A stretch of 64,000 nt of DNA, from NCBI GenBank assembly GCA_964016885.1, contig CAXHJY010000134.1, positions 1 to 64,000 on the forward strand, given 5' to 3'. Each line of letters starts with the position of its first letter. Within the stretch, counting starts at the first letter, position 1. The position numbers and the translations under genes were made by a program. This DNA is from Eledone cirrhosa (Eukaryota). Under the pieces are notes generated by a model, which saw nothing but the letters and a program-made list of their open reading frames with translations, made no database searches and had not been told where the DNA came from. Shown here one piece after another: positions 38,834-51,027 of the stretch.

Positions 38834-39790
38834 ACTAGACATGAAAAATGCGCAAGCTCAAAAGTGCCACAGAATGTTATAATAAACCTTCAAAAGTGTG
38901 GGACTAGAGTTGTTGCTAAAAAATATTGTAATCATTATATATCGTACATTCTGTGGCATCCTTTATAAAAATAGCTTAAACCAACGAAGCCTTTATTTTT
39001 ACGCTATTTCACTTAGTTAATTCTTAGAGTGTAGCATATAAAAATATGATTTACAACTATAAAATAAATTAATTAATATAATAACAGAGCTGCGGAGCTG
39101 ACATTTAGGAAATAATGGAGTATCGGATCCTGAGTTGGAGCCAGTCAATTTTTGGCCGACTCCGCAGCCCTGTATAATACATTTCATATTAAAGTTATTA
39201 ATAAACCTATTTTACACTTCATGCAAATTACCACGAGATATTGATATTAGATATAAGATACAGCGCAATATCTACAGCTGTAAAAGTACGAAAGCGAAGT
39301 AATAATAAGTGGCTTAAGGTAATTCCAATATGAAAGTTTGTAGTGATAAAAATTTGATAATGCAATACGATTGTTAATATTATAGTTCTATGAAAATGTA
39401 ACAATAGATAACTAAATTATTTTACTATTAGTATATTTAAGAAATTATCATTATAGATTTGATCGTTCATATAAGCATCATATTAAGTTTCAACACAATT
39501 ATTTTGTTACTATGAGTATATGATAATAATATTACGTAATTATTTATAGCTGTTATTACATTAAACATAGATGTATTTATTTTTATATGTTACACTCTAA
39601 GAATTAACTAAGTGAAATAGCGTAAAAATAAAGGCTTCGTTGGTTTAAGCTATTTTTATAAAGGATGCCACAGAATGTACGATATATAATGATTACAATA
39701 TTTTTTAGCAACAACTCTAGTCCCACACTTTTGAAGGTTTATTATAACATTCTGTGGCACTTTTGAGCTTGCGCATTTTTCATGACTAGT
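38834..39790. repeat. Foldback structure with ~213-bp inverted arms (38834-39046 and 39578-39790)
   Basis: Near-identical reverse-complement arms with outer ends actag/ctagt, enclosing ~530 bp of AT-rich DNA. Confidence 0.85.
39085..39172. mobile_element. hAT-like MITE
   Basis: TIRs cagagctgcggag / ctccgcagccctg; 8-bp flanks tataataa / tataatac (7 of 8 match). Confidence 0.65.
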
Positions 39791-40904
39791 TTAATATTTT
39801 TTTAAGGCAACGCTTGTAATAACTCTAGTTAAACAGGATATATATTAATAATAAATTATCGTTGTAATATAATTAGATTATGTAATTGTTATTATAAATT
39901 ATCTTATAAATATTAGTGTAAGATGTATAAAAATATTTTCAGACTTTTAATATAAACAACTACAAAAAACAATCAATATTAAATCAATATATTATACATA
40001 ACATAAAACATAAAATATACAATACAAAAACAAAATATTTACATACAATTGCAATTATCAGTGTATATACATTTTCTTTATATTCCCTGAGCAAATTAAT
40101 AAGATTTGTTTTTATTGTACATAATTTGATGACTTGTTGGAGTGTATTAAAAGATAGCAACAATTTGTGATTAAATTGTTATCTTAAGCAACTCACTTTT
40201 TAATAGTTGTTGGCTGAGCGAAATTGTAAAAGCCTATGAGCAAATATAAAAAAAAATACACAAACAACATTTCCTTGTGTTATTACAACATTAGATAAAA
40301 TAATTGAGCAATGTCGTTATATTTTGCTCTTATTGCACATTAATAGTGTTTCTATTTTTCGGCACAAATCCATTACGGCAGTCCATTACTGGTACTTTAT
40401 TTTATCGAATTAGTAAGTATGAAAGTCGAAGTTAACCTCGGCAGGATTTGAACTTAGAATGCAAAGGACCATAACAATACTGCAAAGCATGGTGTCTGAC
40501 GCTCTACCAATACTTGTGTTGAGCTGGTCATTAATTTATGGTGGTCGTGCGTGGAGTAGAGCAATCGCTAGTTGAAATATTATGAACAAAACATTTTTAT
40601 TTGCCGAAGAACATATTTTCAATACTGTTTGTGAATGTGACGAAGGAAATACATTCTGATATGGAACAGTGTACAAAGTGTGTCTGTGAATAACATAATG
40701 TTACCTCATGTTGTTGTCAAGACATAATGGATTTCGTATATCCAGTTAGAAGATGAAACCTAGCCATCTCGGATTAGTTATATTTCATGCCATGTGTAAA
40801 CGTGTTTGAGGATAGCAAAATATGCGCGTTAATTATAATAATTAGTTAATAATATTACAAAATATACCTAATTAAACTCTTTGCTTGAAATTTTATCATT
40901 CTTC

Positions 40905-40995
<91 letters not shown>

Positions 40996-42409
40996 GAGAG
41001 AGAGATTTATCTAGTCCTTCGCTCAAGATTAATCTATAAGTTTAGATGTTTGCCTTCGTTTAAGTAAATATTACAGTAAGATTTTTAATATAAACAACTA
41101 CAAAAAACAATTAATATTAAAACGAAAAAATTATCAATGATAAAAGAAGCGGATGCAACTTTTTTTTTTATAAAGTTATATTCCTATTTCTTTAAAGAAC
41201 ATTTCATTTTTGTTCTATTGTAGGCGAAATAATGCAATGGTTTAATAGGGAAGATATAACTTACGAATTATGTCTCTAACCGTGTAACGCTTTTTAAGTA
41301 GATAACTACAATTGAAAATACTAAAGAAATGGAACCAACAATTCAATTTGAAAGTCGTCTAGTGACAGTGTATTACTGGTACTTTATTTTATCGACCCCG
41401 TAACGATGAAAGGCAAAAATGCAAATGCTTAAAATTTAAATTGCCTTAATTCTATCGTCTGCTGTTTCATTAAAGGGAGATTATCGTCTGTATTTAATTC
41501 TATCGTCTACTGTTCCACTAAACAGATATACCTCCACTATCGTCTCTATTTATACATTTTAACTTATAACTTATACACATTTGATTTGAAATATTTTATC
41601 TAGTCCCCCCTCTCAATATTATGATGATTTCTTTCGAATGAAACAGTTCTAGTCCTGTAGAAGCCATTTATATATATAATTGAACTGAGTTAAAAATTCA
41701 CAATATTTATAATTAAATAAGCTCATATATATATGTGTGTATTTATCTGTTTATTGTATTATATATAATGCGTGTATATACAGGATGTCCCCCCAAAATA
41801 TATACACACTTCAACAGCATTCTAATAACTATTGCCTGTACAGGTAATCAAAGTGTCAATCGAATGTTAGTTTCGTGTTTTAACAGTACAAATTTACAAT
41901 ACACACATAAAACCAGTGTATATACATACATGAGTGTGTATACACATACATGAATGTGTATATACAATATATATGTATATATATATAGACACATATATTC
42001 ACGGTGCAACGGTACATTAAAATATAGATGCGGGAGAGTGGGGGTGTATATATAGGGGCGCTGGGGATAAAGGAGTGTAAAGCGTGTGTAATTGATATAT
42101 TGAAGGAGAGGAGCGTGCAGCGATAGAGTAACAAATATATAGAGAGGGGGAGAGATGGTATTGAAGGGGAGGAGTGCAAAGCGAAAGAGTAAGAGATATA
42201 TATAGAGACGGAACAGATAGAGAGAAACAGGCGTAAGTAACAGTGGAAGAGATATAGAGAGAGGTACTCTGATTGGTTGAAAATTAGCCAATGACATACG
42301 ATCACCACCACCACGGCTATCCCCGAAAAATTTTTAAAGAAGCTAGGCATATATGTTAGAACACGAAAAGTGAACATTCTGTTGTTTCACACTTTTCGTG
42401 TTCTAACAG

Positions 42410-42992
42410 ATGGTGGCTGCCAACTCGTTTTCGAGTACGGCCACTACTTTATATCCATGTAGGAGAACCCCTACCGATGCGCTGAACGAGTGACTTTTTA
42501 GTCCAGCCAGCGACTTGAAAACTCTGGTACAAACACTACACTTGTGACAATTATTGACACATAGTGCTTTGCCTTTGGTACCATGTGACGACAAGTGCAG
42601 AGAGATCTCCAGATACAAAGCAATGCCTGTGCCGTGAAGCTTTTATAGTGAGCAAAGGCACTGCACAAAGCCAGTCCCACTCTCTTAACCAAGATGATAT
42701 TTACCAAAAAGAAGAACAAGTCAACATCATTGGATACCATCAGGGTTGCAGGTGTTATATCAGAGTTTTCCTTCTCCTAGAATTCTGCCTTGACAAAGGC
42801 TAAGGGGTCATCTCTCCCACTGATTTTGGATGGCCATTGACTCTTAAGAGCTCCTTTGCCCTTTGACAGGTTTTGTTTTTAGTCCTGCAGGATGTCCAAA
42901 GTCACCCTCCTCACCAAGAAACCTTGGTGGGGTTGCCAGTTTAGTCGCCAACGACCCGACCATGAGACAGGTTGTACTGGGTTGTACTGGGA
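42410..42992 (-). mobile_element. Bipartite RTE-derived non-autonomous element (~580 bp); other copies 38070-38130 and 38293-38562(-), 49040-49450(-), 49490-50067(+), 50210-50376(+, 5' part)
   Basis: The 5' half has the RTE 5'UTR motif aggagaaggaaaactctgat (compare 12816). The 3' half encodes an RTE-type C-terminal zinc finger ([17 protein letters not shown]) and ends gagttggcagccaccat, followed by (gtat)n in the other copies. Confidence 0.75.
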
Positions 42993-43080
42993 TGTATGTA
43001 TACATACATACATACATACATACATACATACATACATACATACATACATACATACATACATACATACATACATACATACA

Positions 43081-46010
43081 CTAAATTGGAATTGGAAGCT
43101 GTGAACGAAATAGCTGGCAATTATCTGAAGGCTATACGATCTAAAGGTGTAGAAACGACATTTGAAACGCTCAATGTTTTGTTATATGTTTCAGCTGTCA
43201 CATTGCTATCATATAACACACATCTAAAACCACGCAATCAAGATACAAACAGAAAGCCTGAAGCAGCGTGGATGCGAAATTTAAAAACCAAAATTTTGTC
43301 CCTGAGACGAAGTATCTCACACATCGCAGTCGTTATGAAATGCAACATAGAGAGCAACTTCACACGACACCAGGAAGACCTAAAGAAAAAGTTAGAGAGA
43401 CGATTTGGAGATGCCAAATTTAAAACTTTGAACTCCAAATTACACCAGTTGAAACAACAACTCACAGCTCCAACAGAAAGACTAAAATATAAGTCAACAG
43501 CACATAAACGACAAGTGCTAAATAGATTGTTTGCCAGAGATCCTAAATCAGTTTATCGCAGCTTCGGTGGCAAAAGCTCAATCCCTGTAAACGACACCCC
43601 TTCAAAAGAACAGGTTGAGAACTACTGGAGATCTGTATGGGAAACGGATGACGGATTCAACAGACAAGCTAATTGGCTAAAACAACTGGAACAGGACTAC
43701 TGCCAACATGTCCAGACAAAACAATATGACATAGATGGGTCAATACTGGAAACAGCTCTACAGAAAATGTCGAATAGGAAATCGCCAGGCCCAGACCTCA
43801 TTACAGGATACTGGTTGAAGAATTTCACTTTCTATCGGCAAGATCTCATACGGCTGTTTACAGAAACCATTAAGGGCACACAAGAACTGCCCAGATGGTT
43901 ATCAACTGCCACTACTCTCCTTATTCCCCAAAATAGCCAAACCACCCTTGCTAAAAATTACCGCCCAATTGCCTGCCAAAACATCATGTATAAATTATAT
44001 ACTGGGTGCCTTAACCTGTTCTTACAGGATCACTGTGCTACCAACAACATCATAACACCTGAGCAAGCTGGTGGAAAGAGGGAGGTGTGGGGTTGCATAG
44101 ATCACCTACTAACTAACAAAATGATTCAGGAAAAAACAACAAAGAATCGCAGAAACATGACTGTCGTGTGGCTGGACTATCAAAAAGCATTTGATAGTGT
44201 ACCTCATGGGTGGATTATTAAGGCTTTACAGTTAGCTAAAGTCCCACAACCATTAGTAGCTGCTGTTGAACGCCTGACCAAGAACTGGTACACCAATTTG
44301 ATCCTTAGAGGTGAGAAGGAGCAGGTTAAGACTGATAGGATACATTACCAGAAGCGCATCTTTCAGGGTGATAGCTTGTCAGTACTACTCTTCGTTCTCT
44401 CACTGAATCCACTATCTTACCTACTCAGGAAACAAGGTGGACAAAGAAGTGGGCCCAGAAGTATCTCCCATCTTTTCTTTGTTGATGATCTGAAGTTGAA
44501 TGGGCCAAATATCAATGACATCAAGAAACAATTGGACCTCATTACACAATTTTCAACCGACATCAAAATGAAATTTGGTGAGTCCAAGTGTGCATATTTG
44601 GCAGTAAAACGTGGAAGAGCTGTGCCCTCCTCTAGAAATCTAGAGATGAACGGCCTGACAATACAACCTCTGCAGTCAGGTGACAACTACAGATATCTTG
44701 GACAGGATGAGAATGTCAGATATGATGGACCCATAAATAAGGAGAGAACCAGAACTGAATACCTCAGAAGAGTAAAAAAAATATGGTCATCAGAACTGTC
44801 AGCATACAACAAATACATTGCCCACAATACCTATGCTGTGCCAATTCTAACGCCAACATTTGGCCTACTGAACTGGTCATTGCAAGAACTAAGTGAGATG
44901 GATGTTAGAACTCGAAAACTTCTCAGTGTTACTGGGAACTTTAACATCAATGGTGATGTGGATAGGCTATACTTCTCACGCAAGGAAGGTGGCCGGGGTC
45001 TAAAATCAATATTAACAACATATGAGACCCGGATAGTAACACTGAAGCAACACCTTCAACAGAGGAAAAAGGTTGGCGACCATCTTGCTCAGGTTTATGA
45101 GCATGAAAAAAGAAATATCATTAGAATAGCGACTGATCTGGAGGAGAGATATGGAATAAAGCCTGATATAAATCTCTCACCCAGAGAAATCGGAAGATCC
45201 TATTCAATGTTCAAACAAGAAAAAAAAATTGACCAATTTACAGCGAAAGTTGTGCATGGATACTTGAGGCGTAAAACACAGACCATAGAGGGGATAAACC
45301 ACTCAAAAAGCCTGGCATGGAGTTCCGACAAGTTTATGACATCACACCTTGAGGGATATCTCTATGCAATACAGGAACAAGAACTCCCTACCAAATATCT
45401 GCTGCACAAAAGAGGAGGGCCAGCAGCTGACAATAAATGTAGGCTATGTAAAACAAAGATCGAGGATGTAAGCCACATTGTTGCCAGCTGCGAAAGAATG
45501 TCATCTCGCTACTACCTCCCCATGAGACACGATGGGATAGCTAGAACTATCTGGAACGCACTTCGGAAAACAAAATTAACAACAAACGAGGAAGAATATA
45601 TTGAGACAGATGGCACTAAGGAATACTGGTGGAACCTGAAAATAAAAACTGCCACCAAATTAAAGCACAACCGGCCTGATATTGTAGTTTGGGACCACAC
45701 ATTGAAAACGTGTTCTGTTGTGGAGATCAGCTGCCCACTTGATGTAAACGTTGTCAGAAAAATACAGGAGAAGGAGGACATCTACGGACCATTGATGAGG
45801 AGTTTACAAATCCAGTATCCAAGATACACCTTTAGCTTCATACCCATCATTATTGGTGCTACGGGTTATATACCAACCCGCTTGGACCAAAGTATGACCG
45901 AACTTGGATTTGCGGACAAAAAGCGCAGCTCCCTAATTCATAGTCTACAAATGGCTGCGATAGATGGCACCTTCAAAATTTGCAAAACATTCTTGCGATT
46001 CAAGGGATGA
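43081..46010 (+). CDS. R4-clade RT plus CCHC zinc knuckle and PD-(D/E)xK restriction-like endonuclease (open frame, no native start)
   Basis: KSPGPDLI, YRPIAC, WLDYQKAFDSVPH, IFQGDSLS, HLFFVDDLK, YRYLG, EGGRGL, CRLC..E..H..C, RHD, NRPDIV..VEISCP. The N-terminus in the ORF track is microsatellite read-through. Confidence 0.9.
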
Positions 46011-46091
46011 CAATTTCTTTTCTTTTACAACCTTGCCACCAGGAAGGTGGCCGGTCAAAAAAATATACTCGAAATTAAGAGAAAGAGAAAA
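43081..46091 (+). mobile_element. R4/Dong-like non-LTR retrotransposon, 5'-truncated, inserted in (TACA)n
   Basis: Long RT-CCHC-RLE ORF with (TACA)n on both sides and a short 3'UTR ending aaattaagagaaagagaaaa. Confidence 0.85.
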
Positions 46092-46634
46092 CATACATAC
46101 ATACATACATACGTACGTACGTACGTACATACATACATACATACATACATACATACATACATACATACATACATACGTACGTACGTACGTACATACATAC
46201 ATACATACATACATACATACATACATACATACATACATACATGACTTTCTAGTTGACCTGTCTAATGAAAGCTTTGTTTCTGGGCTAGAGACTTAATCTT
46301 TCTCTATTGGTGAGAAAATTTATAACTAAAACCTGAAGAATATGCACACATACATATGTAGCCGTAAGTTGATACTCTCCCCAATAGAGTTTCTTCTTCA
46401 CTATGAAGCGGTCACCTTTAAAATGGTCTTTGGTGGCCTCATAGATAGGTTACCATTGTGAATCGGGTTTTATCTGAGGTTTTGACATAACAAACAGTCA
46501 TCTGCTTGTTTTTGTACTCCGGAAACTGAATGAGCGATAGTGATAAATAGCAGGCTCCCAGAGTCAAAGACAACAGTTAGAGTTGATTCCGAGCAGTTAA
46601 GATGTGGTCCACTGTCTCACACAGGCCCCGTGCG

Positions 46635-46673
<39 letters not shown>

Positions 46674-47227
46674 GTCCCCTCTCTCTCTGCCCCCCCCCTC
46701 TCTCTCTCTCGCTGGCTGCCAGGCCAACGACCATCATCACATTACAGAAGGGCGGTAAATGACATATTTTGAATCATTGCACACACGCATACACAACAAC
46801 AACTTAAGCCTTGTTTTCTTATATTGTCAACAATAGCCAGGTAACAGGTTATTTGGTTTATAAAGTTAGGTTTCTAAAATTAGGTTTGTAAGTAGCGACA
46901 ATGTTTTATATCTTCATTCAACAGCATTTCACACAGCGCTTTATATGGGACAATCCTTACAACTACAACAGCCACGCTAAAGTGAACAAAGAACCACAGT
47001 ATCAACATCGCTAACTCATCTCTATCACTACATCAAACAAAAAATAGACACATAATTACATACATACATACGTACATACACACGTACATACATACACATG
47101 TACGTACACATACATACGTACGTACATACATACATACATACATACATACATACATACATACATAAATACATACATACATACATACATACATACATACATA
47201 CATACATACATACATACATACATAAAT

Positions 47228-48440
47228 ATGATCATCAGAACTGTCAGCGTACAACAAATACATTGCCCACAATACTTATGCTGTGCCAATTCTAACGCCA
47301 ACATTTGGCCTGCTGAACTGGTCATTGCAAGAACTAAGTGAGATGGATGTTAGAACTCGCAAACTTCTCAGTGTTACTGGGAACTTTAACATCAATGGTG
47401 ATGTGGATAGGCTATACTTCTCACGCAAGGAAGGTGACCGGGGTCTAAAATCAATATTAACAACATATGAGACCCGGATAGTAACACTGAAGCAACACCT
47501 TCAACAGAGGAAAAAGGTTGGCGACCATCTTGCTCAGGTTTATGAGCATGAAAAAAGAAATATCATTAGAATAGCGACTGATCTGGAGGTGAGATATGGA
47601 ATAAAGCCTGATATAAATCTCTCACCCAGAGAAATCGGAAGATCCTATTCAATGTTCAAACAAGATAAACAAATTGACCAATTTACAGAAAAAGTAGTGC
47701 ATGGATACTTGAGGCGTAAAACACAGACCATAGAGGGGATAAACCACTCAAAAAGCCTGACATGGAGTTCCGACAAGTTTATGACATCACACTTTGAGGG
47801 ATATCTCTATGCAATACAGGAACAAGAACTCCCTACCAAATATCTGCTGCACAAAAGAGGAGGGCCAGCAGCTGACAATAAATGTAGGCTATGTAAAACA
47901 ACGATCGAGGATGTAAGCCACATTGTTGCCAGCTGCGAAAGAATGTCATCTCGCTACTACCTCCCCACGAGACACGATGGGATAGCTAGAACCATCTGGA
48001 ACGCACTTCGGAAAACAAAATTAACAACAAACGAGGAAAAATATATTGAGACAGATGGCACTAAGGAATACTGGTGGAACCTGAAAATAAAAACTGCCAC
48101 CAAATTAAAGCACAACCGGCCTGATATTGTTGTTTGGGACCACACATTGAAAACGTGTTCTGTTGTGGAGATCAGCTGCCCACTTGATGTAAACGTTGTC
48201 AGAAAAATACAGGAGAAGGAGGACATCTACGGACCATTGATGAGGAGTTTACAAATCCATTATCCAAGATACACCTTTAGCTTCATACCCATCATTATTG
48301 GAGCTACGGGTTATATACCAACCAGCTTGGACCAAAGTATGACCGAACTTGGATTTGCGGACAAAAAGCGCAGCTCCCTAATTCATAGTCTACAAATGGC
48401 TGCGATAGCTGGCACCTTCGAAATTAAGAGAAAGAGATAA
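47228..48440 (+). mobile_element. Second R4-like copy (3' part), in (TACA)n, with a 3'-terminal deletion
   Basis: ORF 47283-48440 is nearly identical to the C-terminal ~385 aa of the 43081 element. Confidence 0.85.
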
Positions 48441-48452
48441 CATACATACATA

Positions 48453-48730
48453 GTAAACGTTGTCAGAAAAATACAGAAGGAGGACATCTACGGACCATTG
48501 ATGAGGAGTTTACAAATCCAGTATCCAAAGTATGACTGAACTTGGATTTTCGGACAAAGAGCGCAGCTCCCTAATTCATAGTCTACAAATGGCTGCGATA
48601 GCTGGCACCTTCAAAATTTGCAAAACATTCTTGCGATTCAAGGGATGACAATTTCTTTTCTTTTACAACCTTGCCACCAGGAAGGTGGCCGGTCAAAAAA
48701 ATATACTCAAAATTAAGAGAAAGAGATAAC
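48453..48730 (+). mobile_element. Third R4-like 3' fragment ending in (TACA)n
   Basis: Matches ~45743-46090 with an internal deletion and is followed by catacatac repeats. Confidence 0.85.
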
Positions 48731-50068
48731 ATACATACATACATACGTACATACGTACATACGTACATACGTACATACGTACATACGTGCGTACATATTC
48801 AGTTGGTGTCTAAATTCCAATGAAAGAGCTTATTGTTTGGATCAGAAACCGGATCTTTCTCTATTGGTGAGAAATTTCGATTCTAGATCCGGAAAAATAT
48901 ACATACATACGCACGCATACATACATACATACATACATACATACATACATACATACATACATACATACATACATACATACATACATACACACGCATACAT
49001 ACATACAAACATAAACACGTATACATACATACACACATACATGGTGGCTGCCAACTCGTTTTCGAGTACGGCCACTACTTTATATCTATGTAGGAGAACC
49101 CCTACCGATGCGCTGAACGAGTGTGACTTTTTAGTCCAGCCAGCGACTTGAAAACTCTGGTACAAACACTACACTTGTGACAATTACTGACACATAGTGC
49201 TGGGCCCATGGTACCATGTGACGACAAGTGCAGAGAGATCTCCAGATATAAAGCAATGCCTGTGCCGTGAAGCTTTTATAGTGAGCAAAGGCACTGCACA
49301 AAGCCAATCCCACTCTCTTAACCAAGATGATATTTACCAAAAAGAATAACAAGTCAACATCATTGGATACCATCAGGGTTGCAGGTGCTATATCAGAGTT
49401 TTCCTTCTCCTAGAATTCTGCCTTGACAAAGGCTAAGGGGTCATCTCTCCCGGTGATGTCAGGTCACCAGTTGGTGCTACTGGTGACATGTATCCCAGTA
49501 CAACATGGCTCATGGTTGGGTCGTTGGCGACTAAACTGGCAACCCCACCAAGGTTTCTTGGTGAGGAGGGTGACTTTGGACATCCTGCAGGACTAAAAAC
49601 AAAACCTGTCAAAGGGCAAAGAAGCTCTTAAGAGTCAATGGCCATCCAAAATCACTGGGAGAGATGACCCCTTAGCCTTTGTCAAGGCAGAATTCTAGGA
49701 GAAGGGAAACTCTGATATAACACCTGCAACCCTGATGGTATCCAATGATGTTGACTTGTTCTTCTTTTTGGTAAATATCATCTTGGTTAAGAGAGTGGGA
49801 CTGGCTTTGTGCAGTGCTTTTGCTCACTATAAAAGTTTCACGTCACAGGCATTGCTTTATATCTGGAGATCTCTCTCCACTTGTCATCACATGGTACCAT
49901 GGGCCCAGCACTATGTGTCAATAATGGTCACAAGTGTAGTGTTTGTACCAGAGTTTTCAAGTCGCTGGTTGAACTAAAAAGTCACACTCGTTCAGCGCAT
50001 CGGTAGGGGTTCTCCTACATGGATATAAAGTAGTGGCCGTACTCGAAAACGAGTTGGCAGCCACCATG

Positions 50069-50099
<31 letters not shown>

Positions 50100-50640
50100 G
50101 TATGTATATGTATGTGTGTATGTATATGTATGTGTATATATATGTATATATATATGTATATATATATTTATATGTATGTATGTGTGTGTATATGTATGTA
50201 TATGGTGGCATGAATCCCAGTACAACCTGTCGCATGGTCGGGTCGTTGGCGACTAAACTGGCAACCCCACCAAGGTTTCTTGGTGAGGAGGGTGACTTTG
50301 GACATCCTACAGGACTAAAAACAAAACCTGTCAAAGGGCAAAGGAGCTCTTAAGAGTCAATGGCCATCCAAAATCACGCACATACATACATACATGACTA
50401 TGGCTGTCCCCTCGTTATCGAGTATGGCCATTGCACGAAAAAAACAACAACATAATAACGACAATAATAATTGTTTCTACTTTTGGCACAAGGCCAGCAA
50501 TTATCCTAGTGTATTACTGGTACTTTATTTTATCGACCCCGTAAGGATGAAAGGCAAAGTTTGAACTCAGATCATAAAGGGAGGTAAAGGTAACTCTATG
50601 TTTCAAAGCATGGCGTCTGACCCTCTACCGATACTGCCAA

Positions 50641-50709
<69 letters not shown>

Positions 50710-51027
50710 TTCTTTATTGGCCACAAGGGCTGACATCAAGAAAAACATTACAGACGGCACAGGACGGTACAGGACGGTACAGGACGGTACAAGACGGTAC
50801 GATGTGGGTTTTGTGCGTGTAAATATTTTTATTATTTATATAAGAAAAGAAAAAAAGGACATAGAAACATATATATATATAAACAATAAAAATGAAAATT
50901 GAAAAAATGAAAAATTCCCCAATAGGGAGGAAACCTCCGAGGGTTACTCGTGGCGAAAACCACACAAAAGACCATGGCCACTCTGACCCCCAGGGCAAGC
51001 GCCCTCTCAATTTTTCCATTTCTCAAA

